From Carpediemonas membranifera BICM (Eukaryota; Protista; Fornicata), in assembly GCA_019828565.1 (NCBI GenBank), contig JAHDYR010000025.1, positions 868,001 to 932,000 of the forward strand: a stretch of DNA of 64,000 nt, in the 5' to 3' direction. Position numbers and translations under genes: made by a program. Positions 33,339 through 45,297 of the stretch are shown here, piece after piece. The notes under the pieces are model-generated. The model saw only the letters and a program-made list of their open reading frames with translations, did not search any database and was not told the DNA's origin. Within the stretch, counting starts at the first letter, position 1; every line of letters begins with the position of its first letter.

Positions 33339-33339
33339 A
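33290..33339 (+). ncRNA. Putative 3' stem-loop of the Fanzor omegaRNA scaffold
   Basis: TTGAAGT/ACTTCAA, GGAG/CTCT and GCAGTGC/GCACTGT nested pairing right at the stop codon and element end. Confidence 0.5.
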
Positions 33340-33473
33340 AGACTCACCCATAAACAAACACAACAACAAATACCGGCTCCATATGCACTAACCGACGCCA
33401 ATCAGCGTGTCTTTGAGAGTTTTGTCAGAATTGGCATCATAACACTCGACGACGAAAACGGAGCAAACACGTG

Positions 33474-34955
33474 ATGGAACAACTTCCAAAGCATCTTATT
33501 GCTCATATACTTATTGAATCAGCGCATCAAGCATGCTGGTTTCTTTCTAGATCATTTAGCGAGGCCAAATCCCACTTTGACAGTGAGAAGAGCGAATCGA
33601 AGGAGGATGGCGTCTCATTCGTGCAATATCGTGGGCATATCTATGCAAAGGGCAACAATGTCTTTCACCAGGTCTCATTAGCCTCTTCACCGTGGGTTTC
33701 CCACTTCACTCCCATCCGACTCCCCGCAAAGACCGCACCAGCCGACCGCATCGAGCTGAGAGCAAGCCACGGATCTGTGTTCGTCTTGAACAGGACACAC
33801 GGCACCGTCTATGCCTGGGGCTGCAACACGGCAAACAAGCTCGGCATGCTCGGCCCAACAGTTGTCACAGCCCCCAGAGCGGTCAGGGTGCAGTCTAAGG
33901 TCAGTGAAATCATCCCTTGCGACGCATGCACCTTCTTCCGCGCCGTATCCGAGAACACAGGTTCGTCTGACTGGTTTGGGGCGGGCGACAACGACACTGG
34001 CTGCCTCGGCCTTGGCCACACGCGGGACGTGACACACCCGACTAGAGTGCCCTGGTTCTCCCAGATATCGCGTGTGTGGTCCGCCTGGGGCAGTACTTTT
34101 ATGAGAACCGACAAGGGCGCCCTGCTTGCCTGCGGGTCAAACGATTACAACACTCTTGGCCACGGAACTGAAAGCATACTGGGCACTGTAGTACCGATAC
34201 TCACTCCCGTGAGCCTGGGGTTCGGGAGGAACGGGCCCTCTGTCACCCGAGTGGTACGTGCGTTCCGGGCGACATTTATAATCGTCGGCCGACGTTGCTT
34301 TGTCTGTGGCATCAATGACGTCGGTCAGCTTGGCCAACCCTCTCAGCGGGACATCTCCACCCCCGTCGAGCTCGACTTCCCCGTGGACGACGTCGCCAGC
34401 TTTGCCCGCAGCACTGTCTTCCGCACCGAGTCCCAGCTGATCATACTCGCCAAGCCGCCCGACAAGGCGAATGGAGATGAGATGCACAGTGTCACACCGA
34501 CACAACTGAGGTTGCTGTCCCTGCCCTGGGCGATCACGAGGATTATCGTGGGGTTCAACGCCCTTTTCGTCAAGCGGGCCGACTCTGTGTGGCTCGCTTG
34601 GGGAGCGGACGCGGTCGGGCAGCTCGGCGTGGGGTCGTGCCAGGAGTTGGTCAGCGACTGGGCTGAAGTCAAGATCGACTCTGAGATCGAGTCCATTTAC
34701 ATGGTTTCCGGCATCACAGTTTTCCGGACAGTAGAGGGTTTCTTTGCTTGTGGAAGGAACGAGTCGTCCGAACTTGGAGTTGGCACGACCCAGCCGACTG
34801 TGTTCATTCCCATGCGGGTTGAGTCGATGTCGGAGCTACCCCCAGAGTGCCCTGAGGTCAGCTGGGTTGAGTCGGTTGATGGACGGCCGACCCATCGTGC
34901 CCTGGCCAGCTGCTACACTAGTGACGACGAGGCCGAGGATGCAGCGTCGGAATGA
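33474..34955 (+). CDS. RCC1-repeat protein with F-box-like N-terminus
   Basis: MEQLPKHLIAHIL start; multiple (W/C)G.N..GQLG repeats. Confidence 0.85.
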   Translation: MEQLPKHLIAHILIESAHQACWFLSRSFSEAKSHFDSEKSESKEDGVSFVQYRGHIYAKGNNVFHQVSLASSPWVSHFTPIRLPAKTAPADRIELRASHGSVFVLNRTHGTVYAWGCNTANKLGMLGPTVVTAPRAVRVQSKVSEIIPCDACTFFRAVSENTGSSDWFGAGDNDTGCLGLGHTRDVTHPTRVPWFSQISRVWSAWGSTFMRTDKGALLACGSNDYNTLGHGTESILGTVVPILTPVSLGFGRNGPSVTRVVRAFRATFIIVGRRCFVCGINDVGQLGQPSQRDISTPVELDFPVDDVASFARSTVFRTESQLIILAKPPDKANGDEMHSVTPTQLRLLSLPWAITRIIVGFNALFVKRADSVWLAWGADAVGQLGVGSCQELVSDWAEVKIDSEIESIYMVSGITVFRTVEGFFACGRNESSELGVGTTQPTVFIPMRVESMSELPPECPEVSWVESVDGRPTHRALASCYTSDDEAEDAASE

Positions 34956-35164
34956 GTTATGCCGCTGCCCAGGTCCAGCTTAAACTTCGTAAACGTTGTG
35001 TGAGAATCTGGCGCATCGGCGCGGTCTTCACGCCAAGCCAGGTTCTGCTAATGTGGAACCTGTCACTGGCCAGAGCAGCGCGGTTTCCCTGCTGACCATG
35101 AGGCCTGGGGCATGGGGCACTGCGGGGTGTCCGACTGCAGCCGAGTTGCTTGGCAACGAACGAC

Positions 35165-36804
35165 ATGAGCAATGGAGACGCGAGAGGCGCTGATAGCGCC
35201 CCATCGGCTCTCAATCACGGCCACGAGCAGCATCGCAGGCGACATCCCCTCGCTCATCGCCTGCGCGTACCAGCGTCACTTCAATGAGGAAATCCCGCTC
35301 AGATCTGGCGTGCTGAACGCATTCAGGACGGATATCCACAATCATACAACCACAGACGCGCCGCAAGATGGCCACGATCTCGAATCCCTCCTCGCCACGC
35401 TCTCAGAGATCCCCACTCTCGAACCATCCGCGCAAGCCCTCCTCGACCGCGCCCGCTCGATCCTCACCAGTGGCCCCCCGCTGTCCATGAACGTCGAGCT
35501 CGCGGACGGCGAGGAGCTCCCGGCAGCCATGCACACACTGAACCAGGGCGCGGTGTGGGCGTGTCTTATGGGTGGCGGGGCCAACCCCGACTTCGAGGAC
35601 AGGGTGCTGACGGAGGCACGAGAGGAGGAGCCAGATGATATTGAGATGCATAACAGAATCCGCAAGGCTCTCACGCCCGAGGCCAAGTGCCTCTGGTTCC
35701 TCTGCCGCAAGTTCTTCTTCTCGCTGAACGTCGCCGAGAAGGACGGCGAGAGCTATCAGTACACAGTATACGGCGATTGCTACCACCACCTCATGTACAT
35801 GGGCCGACTCTTCATGCTCGACACTGACTATCACCAGGGCCAGGATGCCCAGGGCCCTCGAGGTCTACAGCAACTGGATCACCCACATCGCCAGGACACC
35901 CAAGGGTCTGTGGGGCTGGGGCGCTTGCTACAATGGTGAGCTGGGGTTCCAGTCATCTGGGTTCGTCGACCCGACCCGCCTCACCTTCCCCAACTGCCCC
36001 AAGGTCGCCGAGCGCGAGGCCAGCCTGCCAGCCTGGGAGAAGCACAGGATGGTGACTGCTGTGTCGATATATGAATATCGGACGTTCATACTCACCCCGT
36101 TCGGCACCGTCGTGGCATGTGCGAGTTCAAACTTGTATGTCGACCCGGTCGAGCGGGAGAAAAACAAACACCTCTTCCACCCAGTCGCCGTGCCCGGTGG
36201 TTTTGTCCCAGATCACATCATGCATGTGGGTCCGTTGCATGCAGTGACTGTTATCCTCTCCATGGGCGATCGGCAGGTGATCAGCGGTGACAATCAGTAT
36301 GGCCGGCTGGGACTCGGGCACGAGAACGAGATGACTGGCTTCGAGGAGCTGCCATTCAGGGTCGGCCGGATCATGCCCAGCCTTGCAAGAAACTGCAACG
36401 TCTTCCTCGGTGACCGTCAACTGCACTTCGCCGGCCTGGCTCTCCTTCATGTCACCCACTCCGGCCTGCTGCCTGGGTACCGCGAGGGCAACCTATGCCT
36501 CACAGCCACCCAGCTCCGGTTCCCAGAGCGTGTCAAGGGGTTCTTCTGTAATACATCTGCGCTCGCCTGGGTCACTGAGGGCCTCACTCATCTGTGCATA
36601 AGAGACATCCGGATGTACTGTGTGCAATTTGAGGCGACGGCTTTTGGTCAGTCATTACCCGGTGTCCCGGGGGCTGATGTGTTGCGCGACTCCACTAGCC
36701 AGTGGTTCAGGGTGGCAAGAGTCACAAATCGGGTGGCTGAGATGGTCGAGTGCGAGGTCCCTTCTTCACAATGGGAGATCGCCCCAGTCGACGTCGACCC
36801 GTGG
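35165..36804 (+). pseudogene. RCC1-like family copy 3, pseudogene
   Basis: 8-bp deletion after ATGAGCAATGGA, 11-bp deletion at ~35834 between TCAC repeats, and loss of the family stop after ...DPW. Confidence 0.8.
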
Positions 36805-36896
36805 ATGAGAATGAACATCAACATAAAAACGCCAGAAATTATTAATAAAGATCCAAACTATATTCATTCCCTATCCAAAACATATCTAACATCACA

Positions 36897-39800
36897 TTAT
36901 TCATCCCAGTCTGATTCAGATTCGCTCTCCGAATCCCCCTCAATCGCGTTCCTCCGCTTGCTCATCGCCTGGAACAGCTCCTTCGCGAGTGTAGACGAGT
37001 TCGACGCGTGTGATGGCTTACTCGTCTCCTCCTTCGCCACAGGCTTGAGGTTGAACGAGCCCGCCTTGATCTGACTCAAGAAGTCAACCTTGGCAGGGGC
37101 GGGGGCGGGGGTGCGCAGCTCAGACGGAGTAGACTTCATGCGGTCTCGCGCCGAGTTGATTTGGTCGAGGAGCGAGGCGGGGCGGCTAACCTGCGCGGCC
37201 TCTTGGTTGACTGGCTTCAACATAGACGCACCGCCACCGCTCTTGATCTGGTCAAGGAAGCTGGCGCGGCCGCCTGTGGGTGCGGGGGGCGTTGCTGGAG
37301 GCTTGGCGGCGGGCTTGAGGCCACCCGCCCCGCCCTGCCGGATCTGGTCGAGGAAGGACGCCTTGACTCCACCAGGGACTGCTGAGCCGCGGTCCTCGGC
37401 GTTGCTTGGGCCTGGAGGGGGTGGAGGACCACCGCTCTTGCCCGGGGGTGGGGGCGGTGGCGGCCCCCTTCCTGCAGGGCCTGACGTGGTTGGTCTCGGC
37501 CCGCTGCTCTCCACCACGGACGAGTTGTCTCTCCTCGCGTTGATCTGGTCGAGGAAAGACATGCCAGGCTTCGCTTTGGGCGCGGGTCTCGCCTTGGGCT
37601 TTGGCCCGCTGCTCTCAACGACAGACGAATCGTCTCTTCTTGCATTGATCTGATCAAGGAATGACATACCGGGCTTGGCTTTTGGCGCTGGCCTCGTGGT
37701 CGCGGCAGCCTGCGGTTTCGGTTTCGGTGCGGGCGGCGCTGGTGTGGAGTTTGGTGTCGCCGCGCCCTCGACAACGCACGAATCGTCCCGACGTGCATTG
37801 ATTTGGTCAAGCAGCGACATTCCAGCGGCGGGCCGCGGCCGGGGGAGGGTCTTTGCCGCAGCAGGAGCAGGCGGGGATGACGCTGCGGCGGTTCGCTTCG
37901 GCAGGGGCGGGGGGAGACCGCGGCTCGAGGGTGTGGCCGCAGGCGGGGTTGGGGGCACGGGCTTGAGTCGGCTGGGGCTCGGCTGCGGTGCTGCTGTCGC
38001 TGGGGTCGTCGGGGTTGAGGGGATGTCGTCCAGCAGCGACCTACCCCGTCTGGGCCGACGCATGGTGAATGACTTTCTCTTACTCACGGGATCCTCAGCC
38101 GTCTGCTTGCGGAGCATCTCTGGTGTGCACGATTCCGTGGTTGGCGCCCGCTCGAGGATGAGGGTCGGCATCTTATTGAGCTGGGCCGACCCGCTGGGCG
38201 CGTCAGCGTGCACACCGGCGGGAATTTCTTGGATAGGTAGGGGATCGCCTAGCATTTCCGGCGCGAGTGTCCGGATTACCGGAACTGGGATTGTGAGACC
38301 GGACACCACGGGCGGGATGACGGACGAGGCGCCTCTGGACGCGAGGATCGGCTTGACTCTACCCTTGATGACTTCCACCGTCTCCGGGGTGAGGGTGAGA
38401 TGGGTCTGCGCCTGGTCGGTGGTCATGGCCGCACGCAGACTCTTGGGTGCGGTCGGCGGGGGTGGCATACGACCTATCTGGGGCAGCAGCGCCTTGGCGT
38501 CGGATGCGAGGGCGAGGGAGCGCTCATCGAACATCTGTTTCCAGAACTCGCTGCCGTCGAGCGCTGCCTGGATACGTGCGACCGACGCTGGGTCTCGTTC
38601 CTTTCTACACGCCAGCGCCTGCTCGATCACGGCCACCACACATTGGCCGGCCTTCGGTGTCACGTGCTCCTCCTTTGACGCATCCCATGCTAGGGCAATG
38701 AGCGCCTGGATGAGTTTCTCTGACTGGGCGAGTGCGTCTTGGGATCTCATCGTGTTGGCAATGATAGCGATGATGAGATCGAGGAGCTTGGCATTGTAGT
38801 GTGCTGAGTTCAACTTCATCTTCACGGTCAGGCCGCCTTCGATGTTGACAGTACAGTCGACCGGGTCGAGCAGCAAGTCGAGGAAGTCGAAACGCATCAC
38901 CAAGGCCGCCCAGCCGTCCTGGGAACTGAGGGCGAAGAGCAGCTCGACTATGGCAACCACCGTCTCGCCCTCGCCGTCGTCCTCGACGAGGTTAGGGAAC
39001 AGCACCGAGAGGATCTCTTCCATGCCCTCGGAGGCAAGGATCTGCTGCGTGACCCTGGGGCACGAGAGCACGAGGATGGTCAGAGCCTGCACGGCCGTCT
39101 TCACCTCGGACATGGAGGCGTTGGGGTCCTTGAGGGCCTGACACAGTGCGGCAGTGAATCCCTCGGGGTCGGGCAGGGCTACGGCTGCTCTTCCGCTGTG
39201 GGAGTGGGCGACAAAGAGCGTGGCCGACACGTTAGCGAGCACGAAGTTCTTCCTCAACTGCGGATAGCGGACGTGTATGTCGAACGGCGAGGGCGTGTCC
39301 GCGATGAGCTCCACCGTCACGGGCGACGGGGCGCCGATCACTGGGAAGCCGAGCACGTCAAGCTCGCCCGTGAGTTCCTCTGCCAAACGATCCCTCATAC
39401 GCGGCTCCCAGTAGAGCGTGGCAGTGGTGCACGGCTTGGAGAAGAGGACGGGGATACTCTCGCGGACGTGGACGACGTGGTCGAGCACGGGGCCAGGGAG
39501 TAGACGCTCGAGGAGGGCCTGGGCCTGGGGCTGGTCCGCTGTCTTGGCCACAGCGAGGGCGCACAGACGGGCATGGCGGGTAGAGGCGTCTGGCCGGACG
39601 ACCTCGAGCACAAGGCGGAGGAGGGCGCCACTCTGGTACACAAACTCAGCGGCGATAGGCTGATCCGCCAGCTGACATAGAGCAGTAAGTGCGACCTCAG
39701 CCTCCGTCTCATCAAACGCAGTGGCAATGAGCACCGCAAGGACCTTCTTCACGTCTGTGGCTGGGAATACCGCCGCGTACCCGCCCAGCGCCTTGGTCAG

Positions 39801-42800
39801 TTGGACGAGCTCGAGGGTGACTGCGACCACGTGGCGACGGACAGACGCGGTCCCGAGGGCGTGCAGACTCGAGAGGCCGGCGAGGGCGTGGGAGCCTGCA
39901 AGGGCGTCAATGAGTGCCTCAGACCTTGGCTTGCTGCGGGACTCCGCAGTGAGGCGGATGGCGTTCGCTGCGGCGGCCAGCACCTGTAGCGTCCTGATTT
40001 CATCGGTTAGTGGCGAGCTCCGATTGAGTACAATGAACGATATGGCACCGAATATACCGGTGATGAACTGGCCGACGCCCTCGGGGCTCTGGAGCTGCTT
40101 GATGGCAGGGTCGACGGTTAATAGCATGCCCATGTATACATTAGCCACACGTAAATCAGGTACGAGGCTAGTAAAGTGGAATTCAGCGAGGGTCGGGTCG
40201 ACTTCACCTCTGACAGCGGCCTCGAGCACCCCCGCGACGTTTCCAGCCATGCTGCCGTGCCACACATGCTCTGGTGTGAGCGTGCATGTCATCAGTGCCC
40301 TCAGCACTCTGGTTGTCGACTCAGACGTCACCGCACCGCCCATGAGCTGGGTGATCATTGGTGGGACGGCGCGGTCCATGAGGTTACGGCAGGCGTCGTC
40401 CTTGAGACGAAGGGTGAGTACGGTGAACGCGGCACGGAGGGCGAGGGCGTGATTGAAGGCGATGGCCTTGGCGGAGGCCTCTCCCTTGGCCCGCTTGCCC
40501 TTCTTCTTCTTCTCCTTCTTATCTGGGGGCGCATCTGCCGTTTCGATGCTGAAGAAGAACATGAAGCGGACCATCATGAGGAGCAGGCCGCTGTCGATGA
40601 AGAGGGAGACATCGTCGAGCTTCCTGGCCAGCTGCATCGCCATGAACACGACGTGCTTGGTGATCATACTCGGATGCTTCCCAGCGAACGTCTCGAGGCG
40701 CGCACAGGCGCCGAGGAGGCCGAACAGCTCGGGCTGGAGCGACAAGGCGGACCCGGCCTCGTTGACGAGCATGTGAAGGCACCGCAGCGTCTCCATGAGG
40801 AGAGCACGGGCCTGGAAGTCGGTGATACCCTGCTCGGCAAAAGACATGGCCAGCTTGACGAGCGGCTCGTACACGATGCTCAGAGCAGACGCGCAGTTCG
40901 CCTTAGAGTGCTCGCATAGGGCGTCTATAGTCATGATGGCAGCACCCGCGACGGATGCCTGAAGTGGGAGCGCGGCGGCGAGGGTCTGGAACCACTGGGC
41001 TGGGGCATTGGCCCATTGCCTGGACGCCTCGGGCACCTGGCTGCCGGGGTCCGCAGTCAGTCGGGCACGTGCGGGTTGGGGCGAGGCGAGGTCGATGAGA
41101 ACTCGGGCGAAGCCTAGCAGACGCATGAGGTCGTCCGGGCCGAGCTTGGGGCTGACAACCTCCATGGTGAGGGCGAGGTAGCGTACCGCCCCGCCGTCGT
41201 CAAGGATGTCGGCCATGGCGCTGGGGATGTCCTGATATGTCCGACCAGATGCCACAGCAAGCGCCACATCGACAAACACGTCGCCGACTCTCAGTACGCC
41301 CGAGTGGAAGCCCCTAGAGAGGTCTGGGCAGACGAACTCTGGGGGATCGGCCTCGGGCTTGGTGACCACAGCCTCGATATACGGCGCCATGGTCACAAGG
41401 AGATCCGTGAGGAGGATGTCGCGTTGCTCGGGTCCCCAGACGATCCGTGGGTGCTGGATCGGTTTCTCGGCAGAGAAGCAGCGTGCGAAGGCTTCTTCCG
41501 GAGAGTCGTCGGCGCAGAAGTAAGGACGTTCACCCGTCCCGTCGAGAAGGCCGACCATGTAGGCGGGGAGCAGCTTGGGTACGGCTGCAGCGTGGCCGAG
41601 GTCCAGCATCTTCTTCAGAACCGTGGCGATGGCCAAGGCGTTCGCAGTGCCGTTGTACAGCAGCAGTGTCTCGGGCAAGTGCTGAGCCGCGAGCACACCG
41701 AGAGCTGCCTCGTTGTTGTGGGCGAGGGAGGTGAACAGGATGAGCATGTCTCCAATGCGGTCGTCCAGTGCGTCCTCCTCGGGGCCTGCGGCGCTGTTCC
41801 GCTCTGATATGAACCACAACAGCGTCCTGGTAAGCACGGCGAGTCGGTCCAAGTGGCCTACGATACGCTTGGCCTGCGGGGCTGGGACAAGGGTCCTGCC
41901 TGCCGCGTCGACGCCGGGGTTGGCTTGAATGATCGGCACAGTGATGCCGACGATCAGGGCAGTCAGCGCGGTGTGGGAGACAGCGTCCAGCTCGAGTCCC
42001 CACTTGCTGAGGACAGTCTCAACGTCGCTAACCTTCGATCCGTGGGTGAACGAGGCGTGCAAGATCTTGAACAGCGCCTCTAGGGCCCCAGACCGTGTGA
42101 ACTCCTGCATCTGGGCCGAGCTCTGGCGGGCTGGGGCAGAGAGCAGGGCCGAGTGGACCAGCGAGACGTTGACGAGGACGAAAGTCCACGTGTCAGCCGA
42201 GGGGTCAGCCTCGTATCCGCGGTAGGCCTCTTGGAGGAGCACGCAGAGGGTTGTAAAACGGGGGAAGGGGCCGATGTCGAAGAAGAAGAGGCGGTACACA
42301 GTCTCGATGCACGCCAGGTGCTGGGCTCTGAGGCCTAGGGCTGCAGTGACGAACATGGAGTCGAATGTGTCGTATAGCAGCTGCTCGGCACCGTATTCCC
42401 GGACAGACCGGACGAGTTCGACCTCGGGGGTAACTGTCTTCTGGTCCGGTGCACGCTTACGACGTCTCTTAGATCCTGTTCCGGCCTCTGTCTGCACGTT
42501 GAGCAGCTCCACGACACTGTCGAGCGGCTGGAGTTTGCTTCTCAACGCTGTAAGGAAGAATGGACCGACGTTGGCCTGCCGAGACAGCGACTGGTACTCG
42601 ACGAAGAATTCATCCCCGTTCCACACTACCCCCTCGCCTGCGGCCTCGAGGGCCGTGATCTCGTGCTGTATGGCACCGCACAGGTCCATACGGGCCTTGG
42701 CGTGCCACTCGACCATAGCCGTGGAGAGGTCTCGTTGGATCAGATACATGAAGAGAGCCCAGCAGGCCTGGTCGTCGGGGAAGGCGGGGGCGGCATCGGC

Positions 42801-44829
42801 GGGGGGAACGGCGACGTTGTCGTCGAAGAGGGAGGATGCTCGGCCGTCCAGGACGGCGGTGAGGGCGGCGGGGAAGACGTTGCGGAGCATCTGCATATTG
42901 CTGGCGTGGTTATGACAGAGGAAGGCCAGCAGCTGCGCCGAGGCCGCTCGCTGTAAATCTGACACGCCATCAAAAAGCTGACCGAGGTGGTAAATGATAA
43001 GACCACTCTCCCTGGCCTGCTGCCTAATCACATCGGCACTCGAGCTGGTGTACAGGAGCAGACGGACGAGCATGCAGGCAAGGCGGCGGACGCCGTGGCA
43101 GTCGGCCCGGGTGAGGGCGAGGAGCTCGTCGAGGCTGTTATGGAGGGCCACAGAGAGCGTCGAGAGGTCGGATTCAGAGGTCTTATGGCCGTCTGCCTGG
43201 GCAAGCTCGACGAGTATGAGCAGGATAGTCTGTTTGACCACCTTTGACACAGTAGATTTGAGCATGCTCATCAAGGTCTCGAGCAAGTCGCTGCTGAGCA
43301 ATGCGGTGCGGGCCGCCGCCTCCTTAGCCCGCCCCTTAGCGTCGATGAGACAGAGTGCACGGCGTACGAGAAGGAGGACGTGCAGCTGGCTCTCCGGGGC
43401 GGCGTCTTCGAGCACGGAGTTGAGCCACTTGCCGCGGGTGGGGGTTGCGAAAGCGCCAAACATGTCCTTGTTGCCCAGTGCGATAGAGAGGGCGGCGCAT
43501 ACGAGGCCGCAGTCCTCGTACGAGTGGTGCACCGCGACGTCTAGACACTTGACGAGCTTACTAAGGAGGTCCTTGGCCCGGTCCTTCCCCCCGATGACAT
43601 GGCCGCCCAGGCCGTTGATCAGACGGCCGATGACGCCTCTATGGACCTCCTCAAGCACCCCACTCGGGTCTGGGAGGTCTGCGATGGCTGCTACGTACAG
43701 CCCTTCGTTCACCGTGTCCGGGGCCGGCATGCCCGTGTTGCCGATCGTCAGGGCGGGGTCCAGGGGCGTCGCGAGGACGGAGATGTCGGGCATGACCTCG
43801 AGTAGGGCTGCCATGAGTGCGTCGGCCTCGGCCTCGTCGCGTGTGGCGACTCGCGTGCGGCGTGTGTCCCAGCCGGCGGTGCACCAGTCGACTACAACAT
43901 GCGGCTGCTCGTCCTGGCGCTCCATGGTGATCGCGCGCGCGGCAGAGAGTGGCAGGGACCGTCTAATCATCCGATCAGCGGGCAGGCGCTCGATGATGAC
44001 GTTTGGGGTCAGGAGCAGTGTGACAGGTTTCACCCGACCCGACCTGGATATGCGGTTGACTGTCGCCTCAAACAGCGGGGCGCCGTCTACCTTGCACGAA
44101 GCCCTGGTGAGCTGCAAGTAGTTGGTGAGGGGCAGGGGCCTCTGGGTCAGTTCGAGCTTGGCATGGATGCGGGCCATCTCCGTCATCGCCAGGACGATGT
44201 CCTCTACCATACCGTCCCTGCATGACAGCCTGATCGTTCTACTCGGGTGTTTTCCAGGGCATTCGAGCTGCAGCACGAGGATTCGCTCAGTCTCAGCCCC
44301 GTCGGCCTCAGAGTCCGAGTCGGAGTCCGAGTCCTCTGCAGACTCGACTGTGAGGACGTATGCGATCTCGTTGAACCGCACCAGGGGCGTGTTGTTGAGC
44401 TGCAGGCCCGTGCCGTTCACGGTGAGAGTGGAGTTAGCAGAGCGCTTGCCGGTGCCAGAAACACGGCGGACGGTGTAGGATGAGGTCTTGGGGGCGTCGG
44501 CTGGGCATTTGGAGTAGTACTCCTCGAGAGCACGTACGACGAATGCGTTTCTGTGGATCTGGCTGGGGAAAGAGTAGAGACATCCTCCAAATTTCGCCGT
44601 GAGCGAGTCCTTTGGGGTTATCTTCAGACTCTTCCTAAATGATTCCCATTGGATCGCCATCTGTGTGCTGTGTGTCCTCTCGCGGCCAAACTCGTCAAGG
44701 ATTGCAATCCCGTCCGACCTGCCCTCTAAGATCACTGGTTTTGCGCGGATTTTCTTCTTTCTCGTTGCTCTATGTAACAAGACCAAGGTTATTAACGTAC
44801 CGAAACGAGAAGAGACGATCCTCAAACAT
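36897..44829 (-). CDS. RME-8/DNAJC13-like protein lacking an evident J domain, with C-terminal proline-rich, WH2 and CA (VCA) region; probable 31-nt intron 44770..44800
   Basis: IWN-type repeats (VEWHAKARMDL...VVWNGDEFFVEYQSL...VGPFFL). WH2 repeats (SLLDQI, FLSQIKAG..LKPV). Acidic tail ESDWDE. Start inferred from a GT-AG intron; the raw ORF extends to 45089. Confidence 0.8.
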
Positions 44830-45297
44830 CGTCGGTGTGTTGCGGCATAAAGTGCGAACGCACTCAAGGACTGACACGGACGGAATGCTGCACGCTCTTC
44901 CATATACCATGGTATGTCTAACAAAGTGACTTTGTAGTGTCCCTTCATCGGATCCCATTTGGGAGATCCAATCTCACCTGCGGGCATGAAGGAATGAAGG
45001 AAGGAATGCCCCTGCCACATGTCGATGGCCTGGCATGATACAGTCGGCATAGCACTATACTCCGTCGCTGCTGCTGTGTTACTGACCATCGTTGACTCGG
45101 TCTGCTCACCAATCGTGACTCACGATGGTCCCCTCGAGTGTGGGGTTGAGTTCAGTGAGGGTCTTCCATCTCTGCTGTGTCGAAGATGCCATTAGACAAT
45201 CGACAGACTGAGGCGTCACGGAGCTTGTTGGGCTGTCTTCTTTGAGACAACATTGTCAGCGCTGGCGGAGTCGACTCGCGGCAGAGGTGATAATCGT

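Noticed and set aside
36805-37074. RCC1 copy 3 C-terminal extension overlapping the RME-8-like gene
   Set aside because: Read-through after loss of the family stop codon in an already frameshifted pseudogene.
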